A stretch of 64,000 nt of DNA from assembly GCA_964016885.1 (NCBI GenBank), contig OZ024745.1:43338001-43402000 (forward strand), read 5' to 3'. This DNA comes from Eledone cirrhosa (lineage: Eukaryota). Numbering within the stretch: position 1 is the first letter of the stretch; every line of letters begins with the position of its first letter. Shown here in pieces: positions 43,782 through 58,888 of the stretch. Below the pieces are notes generated by a model. It saw only the letters and a program-made list of their open reading frames with translations, searched no databases and had not been told where the DNA came from. The position numbers and the translations under genes were made by a program.

Positions 43782-46700
43782 TTAAGGCCAGCATTGGTAG
43801 TATGGTAGTTGTAGAGCTGGTGTTATTAGAAATTTACATTATGCTACACATGAATTAACTTCATATTCTAGTGAACTCCTGTGAAAGAAATATTCCTGAC
43901 CTGAATATCAACTAAACTGGTTACTGACTGCAAAACAATAATGATTTCTATTATAGGTACAAGGCCAGCTATTTAGGGAGAGGGGAAAGTCAATTAAATC
44001 AACTCCAGTGCATTACTGGTACTTTATTTTATCGACCCCGTAAGGATGAAAGACAAAGCTAACCTCAGCAGGATTTGAACGCAGAACGTAAAGGGCCATA
44101 GCTCTATGCCACTAAGCATATTGTCCGATGCTAACGATCTTCCTTTAGCAATTCTGCACCAATCCTCTGCCCATATAAAGTTAACTTTGGTGAGATTTGA
44201 ACTCAGAACACAAACAGCCGTAACTAAATACCACAAGTCATTTTATCCAATGTTCTCACAATTAGCAAGAAGTATTTTAAAGCCATTTTTATTCTGAAAG
44301 GAGAGGTTAGCCTAGTGGGACCCCATGACAAGTGTCTTCATTTTATCTTGATTTTCCTTTTTTTCTTCTTTCATTTTTAGCCATATATTTCTTGGTCTTC
44401 CCATTCTTCTACTTCCTTTCACATTTATTTCCATTACTTCTATCACCTAGTCACTTTCATCCATTTCATTCAATTTCTCTCTATAAAATTCATCACTGGT
44501 TCTATTCCTATAATTGTCTGTAATTCTTTGTCTTTACAATTCTTTATAATTTATATATATATATCTATCTATATATATCGACAGTCAATCGACTTTCATC
44601 AAATTGGACCAAAGAAACAATGTTTCCATTGGTCTTTCCAATTGCTAAAACTATCTATCTGTCACAACTCCAGGTAGACGGAGCAACAGGACATAACGCA
44701 TCACCCAGTCCGGGAATCAACCTCACAACCTCACAATTGCAAATCCAATTCTCTGGCCACTCAGCCACCTGCCTTCAATATGTGTGTGTGTGTGTGTGCA
44801 TATATATGTATGTGTATATATGTATATATATGTATCATCATCATCGTTTAACATTTATTTTCCATGCTAGCATGGATTAGACAAGCTGTCCCATTGTGAG
44901 ACAAGCCAGGTCGGATGAACATGTTTTGCTCACACAGAACTGATTTGGGCCTGGTTTCTACAGCTGGATATTCTTCCTAACAGCAACTACATTTCCAGTG
45001 TGTACTGGGATCCTTTTTGTCCTGATACCTACATGGTGTCTTTACAGTGTGGGCTGAGTATATATGTATATATGTGTATGTATATGTATATATGTGTGTG
45101 TGTGTATATATATATATAATATAAAAACTATGTAATGTGACAGCTGTGACCTGATGACATCTGTCATCTCCATGCCAATAACTGGAGCAGGCTGATTGTT
45201 TGGTTGAGAGGGTTGGGATATGGTTTTGATGGATATGTTTGATAGGGTTGATTGTTGGATTGTGGTTTACATTTGCTTGGGTTCGCGGCTAGTATTTGTC
45301 TGGTTTAGATTTGATTATGATCTAGTTGAGGCATAATTGGTCATCATCATTGTCATTTAACATCTGTTTTTCCTGCTAGCAAAGGCTAGATGAGTTTTCA
45401 CAGACTGAGCCAGTACTCAAGCAGAGCTACTGATCTTCCATACTGGTCAGAGGCCCATCTCAAGCTTTCATACAGCCTCTCACTCTACTGAATATATTTT
45501 ATCATAGTATTAGCCCTAGAGAGGTTGTCATGTCTTTGACTCAACTGAAGAGTCCTCCCAACCCTTTAAGCTTTCTATGGTTGGATGATTCCTATTATCA
45601 ACCCCTTTTTTAAAGCAAGGTACTGATCTTTGTATATTGGACCAATGGGTCTCAGGACTTGGTTTATGTTGTACATAAACAAATGTCACTGCTAACTGAG
45701 TGAAACGTGAAGCAAAGATAGTGAGACAAACACACACAGTCACACACACACGTTTATGGATTTAACAATTTAGCCAGTGTAGCCTTAGAATCTCTCCTTA
45801 ACAAATCTTATGATTAATCAAAGCGCCTGAATGATTTGAAATGTTGGATCCAAACACTGAAATTGATATAAACAATAATTTGAGAGACTCAGTGTTAACT
45901 TCTCTAAAGTGGTTGATGTCCCTCCCCCCTTTTTTTTATATACCTAAGAGTATTTTACCCTATTTTCTGAAGCTATTATTATTTGTAAAAAATTTTGCAT
46001 TTGGATTCCAACATTTCAAATTTCTGTCTTAACATTAAACAGTTTGTCTGTAGAATCTAGATTTCTCAGATCCATTCTATTTGTTTCCTAAAAGATAAAC
46101 AACAGATGTTTCCTCCTGGGTTATGATGATTTCTACAAACTCCAGTATTAATCTTGTTAAAAAATGATAATCTATCTCATCTACCAGCCATCATATAATA
46201 AATTTACTTGATCATATTGCCTGTTATTTTTTTTAAGCTTCCTAAGTTGTTAGATTTGTCCATTGTATGCAATGGGTGATTTTTTTTTCTCCTTTTTTTT
46301 ACATAAATTTCAATTTGTCTGTCAGTTTACTATCCAACTGTCAAAATATTTTCATTATAATATACTTATTTATCCAAAATAATTCATTTTCAATATCTGA
46401 TATGAATGTAATATATATATAAAAAATTTAAAACGAAGTGTTAATAGTATTCTAAATATTAAATATTGCCTTTGCTCACAGTGAATATTAACATGTATTT
46501 CAATATAAGGTTGTTTGACAACTTATAAAATTCCAATGCTCTCTCTCACACACTCTCTCCCCTCTTTCTTAAATATAAAATAAAATAAAAACAAGTTTTC
46601 TTTTTACATAAATGCTCTTTTGAGGAATGGCTGGAGAAAACTAGAATTCATGTAATCATTTTATCAATGTCTCTGTCATAAGAATAGATAGGCTTCTAGT

Positions 46701-48912
46701 TATTATCATTTTACTCTAAACCTCTCTTTCTTGGTACTACAAGAAAGCAGCATGATTGTCAAAGGGGGCTTTGTATTATTTCATTATAAAATTATCTTTT
46801 GATATAGTATAAAAGAAAACCAGTCCTGAGTTTCTGAAGTCTGGTTTATACATGTCAAGAATGTAGTATATTTTGCTCTGCATATCCTCCCTACTGAGAT
46901 TATGAAGAAAACTTTATATACGAGTTAGCAAGTATGCCTCTGTGTTGTTTCTTGGCTTGCCTGAAATAGTAGCCAAATCTCCTTCAAATTACACCCTGCT
47001 GCCTTAAAAACATAAATGACATATTAGATTTTGTAGTTCTAATTAACCCTTAAAAGACAGAATGGTCACAACTAGAATATCTTGGATCATAGGTTTGTTC
47101 AATCAAAGCTGACTTAGGGAGATACAACAATTTAATAGTCTTTTATTGATTTTAGCCATTGGACTGTGGTCATGCTGGAGCACCACCTTCAAAGGCATTA
47201 ATTGATCAAATCAATCCCAGTGCTTATTTCAGTCTGCCATATATCTTTATCAGTCTATAATTAAGTCGATAAGTTACATGTTTGACACAAGATTGGTTTT
47301 AACCACTGTTGTGTCAAACACATCGACATAGCCATGGACACAAACATGTACATAAACACCCAGTATCCACAAAATAGCCCTGACAAGATATTTATCAACC
47401 CAGTGCTGTTGTAGAAGAAACTGCACCAAGGTGTCACACTATGGGATACATGGTTTTGAAGCAGATCTCTTAAGCCCACAGCCATGTCTGTGCTAAGACA
47501 AATAGAATATAGATAAAAATGATAATCCTATGAGGATATTTATGAATTGAATATTCAACAGAATGAATAAGAAATTTCTTTTTGTATGACTGAATAATAG
47601 ACAGCAAATTGGCAAAATCATTAGAATGTCACATAGAATGCTTTGCAGTATTCATTCCAGCTCTTTGCACACTGAGTTCAAATACCACTGGGGTCAACTT
47701 TGCCTTTCATTCTTTTGAGTTTGATAAAAAAAAAAGTACCTCTTTCTCACTTCCTCTCTACCACTAGAAGAAATTGTCTGTGCTCAGACCTGGAGAGGGA
47801 TGACTTCTGCCAGGTCTTTAAATGCCCAAGAAATGCAGTATGTTGCTACAGCACCCCTACAACTCCAACAGAAGTTACAGGTTCATACATATATACATAC
47901 ATGACTGAACAAAGATCTAGTTGAAGTAGAGGAATAAAGAGAACATGTGGAATATAGTGTCAAGTTGGCATTAAGAGATATGTTGTAAGTAGCTGCAGAT
48001 CCTATAATGTTAGTCCTTAGTCATTCTTGATCAAGTACACATATGATCAGAGGCATTTCAGCCATGACCTTCTCATCTTCACAATTATAGTTTGTCTTGT
48101 GGGATTTGAGAGAGATTTGGCTACTATTTCTAGCAGTTCAAGCAACCATACAGAGGCTACCTCATTAGTTTGAGACCTTATAATGTTAATAATAAAAGTG
48201 GGTTATGTGGTCAATTATTCCTTTTTGTGGTTTTAATCAGTGGTCATGGCTGTATTAGCCATTATGCAAAATAAGTAGATGCTTAAAGCACCAAGGGAAG
48301 AGAGACATCATTTTATTTAAATTAAATTTATTTGACCCCACTGCCACCAACTTTTTTTTATATTCTTTACATAAGAGAGACACCATAATCTTTTAAGTTC
48401 TTAGGGCCTCAAAATGACTTAATCTGCCCCTTAATGTGACCATGCTAGTCCAGTAGACTGAAATACAATCTACTAACCCTACTAAAATAAAGTATACGTA
48501 CCAACAATTTCTTTGATTTTTTTTTTTTTTTTTTTTTTTTACCAAATCTCTAATTTTAATTGCTATTCTGAAATTTCAAAAAGAAAAAAAAACAATAATA
48601 AATAAATCTTTAAAACATGGAATATGCCTTAATCTAAAGATCTGGAATTTAAAACTGTCAGTCTGTTGTTGTAAACTAGCTGAGCTATTCTTAGTTTGTA
48701 GGAAGAAAGTTGCTATTAATTCAGTATTATGGGGATGTACTATGATACAATTTAATAAAATATCATGTAACATTATTGTGGTAGAAGGAAGAATCTGTAC
48801 AGCAATAGACTATATTTGTGGTATTTATTTCCATCCCTTTATTTTCAGAGTTCAAATTCTGCTCAGATTGATTTTGTATTTCATCCTTCTAAGGTCAATA
48901 AAAAAGTCTTAA

Positions 48913-49541
48913 CACTTTAGCATTTAAACTGACCATATCTGGCCAGAATTCTCTCATCTCTTTCTGTTCAAACCAGCTGTAATTGGCCACTCATATTGAC
49001 ATTAAAGTATTGTTCTCCATATAAATATAAACATCTCATATATTCAATATTATGTGAAAATACAATAATAAATATAGAGTAATCATCATCATCATCACCA
49101 TTTTTACATCCGTTCTTCCACACTAGCATGGGTTAGATGGGTTGTCCTGTTGTGGACAGTGTCCAGTCGGGTGACCTTGTCTTGCTCATACGGGAACTGA
49201 TTCTGGCTTGATTTCTACAGCTGGATGCCCTTCTTAACACCAACCTCATTTACAGTGAGTGCTGGGTGCTTCTTTTTCGTGGCGCCTACACGTCCACTTT
49301 ACAGTGCGGGCTGTGTGCTTTTTTGCTGTGGCACCTCCACGACCACTTTGCAGTGGAATGATAGGGACCCCAGTCCTATCATCTCATTTCTACAGCTGAG
49401 TAAACTGGAGCAATGTGAAATAAAGTGTCTTGCTCAAGGAAACAACACATCACCCAGTCCGAGAATTGAACTCACAACCTTTCGCTTGCAAGCCCAATGC
49501 TCTAACCACTAAGCCTTCACAGTAATGTAAATAGTAAAGGG
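48913..49541. mobile_element. piggyBac-like MITE interrupted by a SINE
   Basis: TTAA-CACTTTAGCAT ... AAAGGG-TTAA; internal sequence is homologous to 43563-43781. Confidence 0.72.
49084..49520 (-). mobile_element. Full-length CORE-type SINE family B
   Basis: tRNA head (GGCTTAGTGGTTAGAGC...GAGTTCAATTCTCG), CORE-like block, RTE-like tail and (ATG)n. AGTAAT is duplicated at 49078-49083 and 49521-49526. Confidence 0.88.
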
Positions 49542-52058
49542 TTAATCAAAGTACTGAAATTAATATAATCACTATATATCCTTACATTGTTTCATAAAAG
49601 CAATAGAAGCAGTGAATAGGATAGAAGATTTAGCTATCATTAAACATGAAATATTTGATATTTGTGATAAACTGTTAAGTTATTTTTATAGCTATTTAAA
49701 TTGCCAGATGCTACTGATATTGAAAGTTAATGCATGTTGAAGGCCTTGCAGCTTGACTTAAAGGGTGGGACTAGTAACATTGCAGTATCAGGAATTCAAA
49801 ATATTTATAAATAGTTTGAAAAATGTACTTTTTTCTAGATAGAATTAGGAGATTCTGTCTAAAGTGTAGGGGTAGTGTGGTGTATGTATAAACCATAGGA
49901 TAGCATATGGCAGTGCTATATACACATTGAAGACAAAAGGCAAGACTAAAGAAAGGAATATAGCTCATCTACTGTATCATTAATTTGACTAGATTCCAGG
50001 TTAAACTTATAGAATATTGATCTTTGCATATTAATATTGGTTTCTGATTTAGGCACAAGGCCAACAATCTTGGGAAAGGTGAAAGTTGATTAAATTGACT
50101 CCGGTGCATTACTGGTACTTTATTTTATTGACCCCTGTAAGGATGAAATGCAAAGCTAACCCCGTCATGATCTGAACTCAGATCGTAAAGGGCCGTAACT
50201 CTATGCCATAAAGCATGTTGTCTGACAAGGGAAAAAGAACTCAGGCTTTGAACTCTATTAAGTACATTTTGTTCAGTACACTACTTCCTTTGATAGCTTC
50301 ACTGCTATCACTTAATATGTAATATGAATTTTTAAAATAGACTAAGTGGAATACAGGGTTCTTACTTTGCCCCAACTCAGCCCTGACTGAGCAGACATAT
50401 ATAACTCAGAGCTGGATAGTCCAACAACTGGGTACACTTCAGTGTTCCTCATATATATCTATCATATATGTGTCTGTGTGTGATATGTCTACAATTTATC
50501 CTTATGTATATGTGTGTCTGTTTAACTTATGATGTATATGTGGTTTGTGTGTATGATATGCATGCATGGGTCAGACGGGTTGTCTGCATTGAGGGACAAG
50601 TCTGGCCAGAATTGGCCATGCCATACCTTGCTCCAAAGGGATTGTAAATTTGGCCAGAGTTTTTACAGCTGGATGCCTTTTCTAACACCAACCACATTTA
50701 CAGTGTATACATTAAAACAGTGGGTGAGAGCATGGATCACCATTTGGATATTGCAGATTCTATGTTTTGTTACTCTCCTTCACATAGGCTGTAGTTAGAA
50801 TGCTGATTGTAAATAAAAACAATTTTTGTTGAAGCCATCAATTAAAAGTAAGATACACCTTTCAATCAGACAATGAAACTATTAGTTTGTGTAAGATGTA
50901 AGATCTGAAAGTAATGTCATCGTGGGTTAGAATTCATGTTGCAAGCTGGAAAGAGAAATGTGTGGTTTGGTGATGTTATGGATGAATCTTTCAAGGAGTT
51001 TTAAGCGTGTGAATTGAATGTTGATGTGTGATGTTGTCTTTGTTAAATTTTAGAATTGTTCGAGTTTTGCCCAGTTTTCAAATTCTGTGGATTTGATATA
51101 TGTAGTTGAAGATATTACTAAATACAAATTCATGTTTGTGATTTTTCTCAAACCCTGAATTTTTAAAGTTTCGGAATTTTTCTGTTGCTCTCCTGTGATG
51201 GAAAGAAAGTATCCTAGTCATTGTCTAGTTGAATGATGAGTGACATTACATGTGAACTGAGAATACAAAGGTCCAAAGGAGATAATGTAGGGTATCGTGT
51301 ACGATGCTTTAAGAATTCTGTCAATCCATTGCCTTGAATTGGTACTTTATTTATTGACTGTGAAAGACAGAAAAGCAACATTGATCTTAGCAGGATTTGA
51401 ATCCAGAGCACACAAAGCTGAAACAACTACCAGAGAGCACTTTAATTTGATGCTCTAACAACTCTGCTAGTTTACTGCTTTAACATTCATTTGGTAAAAC
51501 AATTATGACAACAAATTTACAAAATTCAAACCGTTAATGTTAACAGATTATAAATAACAAAAACAAATAAGAAATGATATTTTTATGTCTTATGTGTGTC
51601 TGTGGAGAATTTTTATCAAACAAATGTAATAAAGTGAAATCTTAAATACTAAATATTTATTCAACATTTTAGATGTTTGACAAATATCAAACTTATCTTT
51701 GTATGTAATGCATTTATTTCAAATATGCAATGTTTCTAATAACGTAGAAAGGATTTATTTATAATGTCAGTTGTTTTCTGTCATCAAATTATGTTAGAAC
51801 ACATAGCTTCATATAGCTAGTATTTCTCACAATAAAACTCCAATAAGTATTCATTTTAGCTTAACATGTCAAGCCTGTCAAACATGTCAATTATTTCGGA
51901 TGTTGAAAATTGTATTTTTATTTTCTGGTCAATTTCATTATTCTTACATGAAAGATCATATGATAATACATTAATATATACTGCCATACCTATCATCTTG
52001 ATTTCCATTAAAGTCTGTTAGTTTCACTATTCTTCGAAATTGCATTTATTTTGATTAA

Positions 52059-52446
52059 CCCTTTTGTGATCATATTTTAGAAGGTTTCTCTTTAAATCAA
52101 AATCTTCTAATATAATTTTATATAAAAACCATATATTAATTTACTATCTTAGTAATGAAATAATTGATTATTTTAGTAAATTCCTCAAAATTCATCATTA
52201 ATCAAATAAAATAAAATAAAGTTTATTTTAATAAAAATCATTATCACCATCATTTCTATTTAATTAATGAAGAATTTTGAGGAATTTTTTAAAATAATAA
52301 ATTATTTAATCCCTAAGATAGTAACGTAACATATGCTTCTTATATATAAAATCATATTATATTTTAATTTAAAGAGGAACCCTCTAAAATGGGTGGTTTT
52401 GTTACATAGAACAAGAGTTGATTTTGGCTGTATTGGTATCAAAAGT
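52059..52446. mobile_element. TTAA-flanked piggyBac-like MITE, second family, with internal inversion
   Basis: TTAA-CCCTTTTGTGATCATATTT ... GGTATCAAAAGTTTAA. About 52080-52205 is inverted relative to 52260-52385. Related to 53746-54025 and 56416-56863. Confidence 0.6.
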
Positions 52447-52891
52447 TTAAGAGGAATTTTATTAGTTTATGAAAGAAGTTTCCTCATAAACCTCAATTAG
52501 TGAAAATCTTTACATTTTTAATTAGTCATATTCAACTTCTTGGTAATATTTCTGTTGTAATTCTTTAACACACACACACATGATGTATACATGCATGTTT
52601 GTAAGCCATACATATATGTAATGCATGCATGTATATAATGTAAGTTAATGTAATATTTAATGCTAAATGATAATGGTGATGATGAAGATGCATAATATAG
52701 CACTTCTAAGTAAATATTTGACTGCATCTTTTTCTTGACAATACTTTCCTCAGATTAGAGATGATTAAATACTAATATCTCAGTGATTATCTCTACAAGA
52801 TAACTATATCTACTTCCTTACATTCTGAAATAGTTTCTTAAATATTCAATTTGCAGTCTTTAAATTGGGGCTGTGGGACAAACAGTATATA

Positions 52892-53409
52892 CCGTATTTG
52901 GCAGCTTATATGATGCATCTCATGGGCTTAAATGATGCACCTCAATTTAGGCAGGCTTGTAAAAAAAATAAAAATAAATAAATGGGTTTAAACTACAAAT
53001 GTCAGGTGAAGGGTATAAATTTTGTACATCGTATTTTATAATTCTACATTGTAATTCTAGTTGTAATATTTTAGCACATTTTTAAAACATAAGGCTGTGT
53101 GAAAATAAATTTTTGATGTCGCTATACATGCATGGTTAAGCATCATCACTTAATTTTCTTCCTGACTTGTGTTATTTTATATGAAGTACCATTAAGTACT
53201 TCTGTTATACATTGTTACCTTAGAAAAAAGTTGCCATTGTTAGTGTAGGAGCAATCGCCACCTTGTTTACATTTGCGGAAATCTTTGGTTTAATTTAAGG
53301 ACCACTGCAGCACTAAAACTCCACTAGTCAGAAACCCTTATAAAATGCAAGGCGATTTTTATGGGACATATTTTTGAAAACAATGCATCTTATAAGCCAT
53401 CAGACATGG
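52892..53409. mobile_element. Tc1/mariner (pogo/Tc2-like) non-autonomous element
   Basis: TA-CCGTATTTGGCAGCTTATA...GATGCAT ... ATGCATCTTATAAGCCATCAGACATGG-TA: imperfect TIRs with TA flanks. Confidence 0.6.
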
Positions 53410-53745
53410 TATATGTATTCATTTCAACAATGGTATATACAACATATATCTACTGATAACAGATGGTTCTGAATGACTGAAGATTTTATATGGCTTGTGC
53501 TTCCCTTTGGTGTTTATTCAATTTTGTTGAAGATTCTAATCAATTTGATAACCTACTTTTGGAATTATAATCTGAAAAAATAATGTAAAAAGAAACACAT
53601 GCATAATGCAAATTTAAAACAACCAACTTTTTGTCAATATTTAAGAAAATCTTTGCTTCCATGTAAAAGCTATTTAGTCTATTTTCAAACTATTTTAATT
53701 TTTGATAAAGCAAATAAAAAGAAGTATTTCCTTATTCAAACTTAA

Positions 53746-54025
53746 CCCTTTCATGATCATATTTCGAATAAAATATACTGTATATGCATTTTCAGTTAAT
53801 TTTGAGTGATGTAGTAAAATAATTAATATTTTCATTACTAAGTTTGTTTTTGGAATATACCTTAACAAAAGATTCTTACATAAAAATGTGATGGTTTTAA
53901 TTTGAATATAAATATTCTAAAACAAGACCTAATAAAATGCACCCAGTTTACTCTTTAAAGTGATATTGCTAAAATCATGACAATAATCACCCAGTTCACA
54001 ACTGGGTGATTTAGTATCAAAAGGG
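53746..54025. mobile_element. piggyBac-like MITE, second family
   Basis: TTAA-CCCTTTCATGATC ... TATCAAAAGGG-TTAA. Confidence 0.7.
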
Positions 54026-54169
54026 TTAAAGTGGCTATATTTCTTCTTTGACTATTGTGTAATTATTAATGGGATATGAAAGTTTAAGGAGAGGGGAAAA
54101 AGAAAAACGGAAATTATGATATTCATTACTGGAGAAAACCTTGTAAGTTACATCTATTAGTATATTAAT

Positions 54170-54356
54170 TGTTTCTACTTATGGCACAAGGCCAGCAATT
54201 AACCAGTGCATTACTGGTACTTTATTTCATCGACCCCGTAAGGATGAAAGGCAAAGTTAACCTCGGCAAGATTTGAACTCAGAATGGCAAGGATCGTAAC
54301 TCTATACCTCAAAGCATGGCGTCCGACCCTCTACCGACACTGCCAATCCACCGCCC
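54170..54356 (-). mobile_element. SINE family A copy
   Basis: TSD TTAGTATATTAAT at 54157-54169 and 54357-54369. Confidence 0.9.
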
Positions 54357-55370
54357 TTAGTATATTAATGTTATGTAGTGTGACATGTGAAGGCACATGG
54401 TTTCAGCTCACAATTGCAAGGTTGTGAGATCATGCAGCATATTGTATCCTTGAGCAAGCTGCTTTAGTTTATGTTGCTCCAGTTTGCTCAGTAAGCAAAA
54501 ACAAATGAGTCGTACTTATAATATAAGGGGAAGCCAGCTCTGTCACACATTATGTCACTCTGAATCTCCCAGAGAATGGCATTAAGAGTACACGAGTCTG
54601 TGCTCAGTTATTTACTTGTCAGTTTGATGAGCAGGCACTTCTGTCGATTGAATCAACTGAAACACTCATTGTCAGAAATGACAGAAGTCCAACAACATAA
54701 TTAAAATGAAGTAGCTAAACCAAGTCATGAGCACTTCTCACTAACAATTTAGCTTTGGAAACCCTACCTACCCTGATGTAACTATAATAATATATTTTGC
54801 ATAATATATTATAATGTAATTCTTTCTAACATTGTCACAATGCCATCAATTTTGGAGGATAAGAAAGTCGTTTAAATTGACCCCTGTACTGGTTCTTATT
54901 TTACCGACTTTAAAGGATGAAAGACTAAGTTTAAGTTGACCTTGGTGGAATTTGAATTCAGGACGTAAAGAGCTGGCACAAATACTGTTAAGCATTTGTC
55001 CAATGCTCTAACAACTCTACAATCCACCGCCCTAAATATATTATAATATAATAATATATTGTTTAGCTTCATGAGAATAACAACCCTTCCCTGCACCAAA
55101 TTCTATTGTCACAATATGATATGCTTTCACTTTGCCAGTCTATATGTTTTAATTTTATTTTTACTCTTAGTGAAATGATAATTAAAATACATATTATGGT
55201 TTCATGTAGTTCAGAAAATAGTTAACATTTCAGTTGACATATTGGTTATATATCTTAGTTTTTTTCTATTATAGTTGTTGTTGGTAACAGGAGCATTTGT
55301 CACAATACTCATTCCATGTCCTCTTCTGCCTGTTTTACCACTACTATTATAGCAGATTCTGTTATGTCCA

Positions 55371-55545
55371 AGGGCATTGAATTGGCAGTATCGGTAGAGG
55401 GTCGGATGCCATGCTTTCCAGCATAGTTACATCTGAGTTCAAATCCCGTCGAGGTTAACTTTTCCTTTCATCCTTACAGGGTCGATAAAATAAAGTACCA
55501 GTAATGTACTGGGTAATTGCTGGTCTTGTGCCAAAAGTAGAAACA
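55371..55545 (+). mobile_element. SINE family A copy
   Basis: ACTATTATAGCAGATTCT is duplicated at 55343-55360 and 55546-55563. Confidence 0.87.
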
Positions 55546-56415
55546 ACTATTATAGCAGATTCTTGAATTTAGTCTGTTAGTTCCATTACTAATACTCTAT
55601 ATATCTGTGTGTTTCTCTTACATATGATATTTGGCACAAGTGTGTGTGTGTGTGTGTTTGTGTGTGAGAGAGAGAGAGAGAAACAGAGAGAAAGCAAGAG
55701 GGATATGGAGATCATTATTTCTTTCTCTCTTGCTATTTGTTTTGTCACAATATATACCAATTCACTTTCTCTATTTGTCTGTTCTCTCTCTCAGCTGTCT
55801 TCCTTTCTCTCTCTCTTTCTTTCTTTCTTTCTCAGTTTTTCTTTGTCTATATCTGTTTGTCTGTTTCTCTATCTGTATCACACCTTTTCTACTCTCCTCC
55901 ACCTCTCTCACTAAATATTTCATGCAGTTCTTCATTTGGGATGCTGATCTCTGAAACTTTCTTCCATTCCCATGACTTCATATATTACATTAACTTCCAT
56001 TATTTTAAATCTCATACAAGCATCCCCATCCTCTGACTGAAAAGCAGGCTATCAGTGCGTGTGCATGTGCATGCGTGCGTGCATACAAAATTCATCCTTC
56101 TTGGACATAACAAAGAAGCAGTAGTAGGAGCATTTTCATCATTATTATTGTTGTTGTTATCATTGTCATCATTACTGCTACAGTTGCAGAGCTCATGGTA
56201 AATCTGTTGTCATTAATAATTTATTCCAGAATACTATTACAACCACTTATTTTATCAATCACAGAAAGTTGATCAATAAAGACGACATGTATTTGTATGG
56301 ACACTATCATTTGATTAGCTTTCAAACAATTTCATATTACTGCAAGGGTTAGCAATTGGGACATCTGATGTTACTACATGAGAATGTATAGATTTATTTT
56401 TTCAGACAATATTAT

Positions 56416-56863
56416 CCCTTTCATGACCATATTTTTAATGACATACAGTGCATTTCAATTCATTAATGAAGAATTTGAAAGGATTTACTAGAATTATTAG
56501 TTATTTCATTATATATTGGTGACTTAATAAAATGTTCTTATATAAAATTATATTGGAAGATTGAACAGGCAAGATTTGGCAGCAGGAGACCCGGAGGCAT
56601 ATCACAAACAAAAGGACTTGATAATATCTATAACCTCAAATTGTCTTGCCTGGGGATCCAGCCAGATGATTTGTTGAAAATTGCTTCTGAGAGAAGCCTC
56701 TGGAAGACATATCTGAGGATTCTGCCTCTATGAACCTCTTAGAAATAAGTGGGTGGAAGAATAAGTTGTGCTTTTGTTGTTGTTATTGCTGTGATTTTAA
56801 TATATATATATAGGAAGCCTTTAAAATGAGTGGCTTTGTTTAGGTGGGTTGGTATCAAAAGGG
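56416..56863. mobile_element. piggyBac-like MITE, second family, containing a LINE fragment
   Basis: CCCTTTCATGACCATATTT ... GGTATCAAAAGGG-TTAA. Confidence 0.65.
56575..56733 (+). mobile_element. Rex3/Expander-type RTE C-terminal fragment
   Basis: Translates FGSRRPGGISQTKGLDNIYNLKLSCLGIQPDDLLKIASERSLWKTYLRILPL*, resembling the Rex3/Expander end GRRPRGRPRTRW.D.I..L....LGI.PEEL..VA.ER.VW...L.LLPP. Confidence 0.6.
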
Positions 56864-58888
56864 TTAAATTGTTGCTTTAGTAGTAACATTACCATGGATG
56901 TTGAATTAGAGAATACCGAAGAGAATAAGTTAAACTTCAATATAATTTGATAAAAAGGTTTATATGAAATAGTTTCAAAGGGTATGTAGGATCTGTGAAA
57001 TATATGGAACTTATGTAGATGTCTATTAGTATCACAACCTGAATATATGTATGCCTCTGTAAATTAACTCTTTCAGCAACAAAATTACAGAAGTTAGTTT
57101 TTAACCTGTTGAGAGTTATGATGATGATAAGTAGTCAGCATTAGGTATTCTTTGATGATACCTGTAGTAATTCTTTTCAATATGTTGTCTATATTCACTA
57201 AAGTCATTCTTGTTTTACAAAGGAAATCTGAAATAAAAATATGGATTCAGATTGCAAACTTTACTTCTCAGATAGTCTCAGTATTTTTATAAATGATTAA
57301 AAACAATGTTATCCAACAATTTGTATCTTTCTGTCAATAGATTTAAGTGTCAATCACTTTTCTGTAGTGCCTTCTAAATGTAATTCTGTATCTAATTTAA
57401 TATTTCTAATGGTAGAGTTAGTTCATTTGCTGATATATTGTCTCTTATCCATATAATCCTTATGTTTATTTTATTTGTTAATTTGAGGACCAAAGTGATT
57501 TTTTTTTTGTATACCTTCATGTTTGAGGTGGTGAATCGGCAGAGCTATTAGAGAATATCCTTCCCAGTTCAAATCCTTCCCAGTTCAACTTTACATTTCA
57601 TCCTCTCAGGGTTAATAAAATGAAATATCAGTTCAAGATAGTGGATTGGCAGAATTGTTTGTCAGACAAGATGTCTTGCAGTATTTATTCCAGTTCTTTG
57701 TATTCTGAGTTTTCTGGGTTCAAATCCTGCTATGGTCTACGTGGGTGGTAGATTTAATCCTTCATCCAGTTTAATAACACCAACTGGTCTTTTGGTGCCT
57801 TTAGTGGAGTCCACTCTATTGCAAGCATTCAGGTCAGATCTCCCATTTGAAGATGCCCTTTTATCTTCCTTCCACCAGTTGCCGAGGCTCTGAAAATAAT
57901 TATGGAGACTGTCTTTCCTTCCTTGGCTAAACAATAATAAAAAGAAAGGTATAGAGATAGTTGGAGGTGCTTAATAAAATTAATGGTTACATGAAAAAAT
58001 ATAAGAGTATTCCAGAAGAATATAGTTATGGACAAATTGGATTAAGCAAAGATTTTAGAAATGAGGTGATAGATGAGGATGTAGTGTCATAAAATTGAAA
58101 GAGCATTAAAAGAAACTGGACATGTATATCTATAGTAGGCCAGTATATGATAATTAAGATAAAGCTGTCTGCAATACAACCTTAGAACCTTCTGTATGGA
58201 ATAATTTAACATTAACATCTCTTTTCCTACCAGGTGTGCATTCTTATAATTCCACAATTTAAAATGTAGACTAGAAATGTGACTTTTCTCTCCTTCAAAC
58301 AAAAACCTGACAAACAAACATAATTTAGTGTGTAAAGAAATGTATATCTCCAGGACTTGAGAAGAACATTTGGAATTCATTTTAAATCTGAGGTAGAATT
58401 TAAAAGTCCAAGTGAGCACACATGATATCATTAGTTGAACAAATAAAAAAAAATTATTATAAACAACAGTCTAGAATGAGAATTTAATTAAGAGTTGGCT
58501 TATCCTAATATTAGTCCTCTTTTCATTATTTAATTTGAATGTCTAGATGTTTGTTTTTTCCTACTCTAACATATTATGTCCTTTGTTTTGCATTGTGTTT
58601 CTATTAATAATGTATTAAACTGATTCTCTACAGAATTGCTTTGTTTACTCACTCTTATTGATATTTCTCATAATTGTAGTCTCTGGAAAATGTCACTTTA
58701 TGCTGATCGGTTTTAGTTAACTACTATCATTCTATACTGCTCTTTAAATGGTGGCTGATAAACTTTGATTTAGCAATCGGTATCAAACTAAACATTACTC
58801 ATTCCTCCTACCACTTTCAGTATTGGACACTTGTAACCTTTATAGATGTAATTTAAACTATGGTTTGCCCATTCATTTGTTATATGAT

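Noticed and set aside
50820-51220. Possible decayed GIY-YIG/PLE fragment on the minus strand
   Set aside because: Only vague motif resemblance, with stops; cannot be supported by eye.
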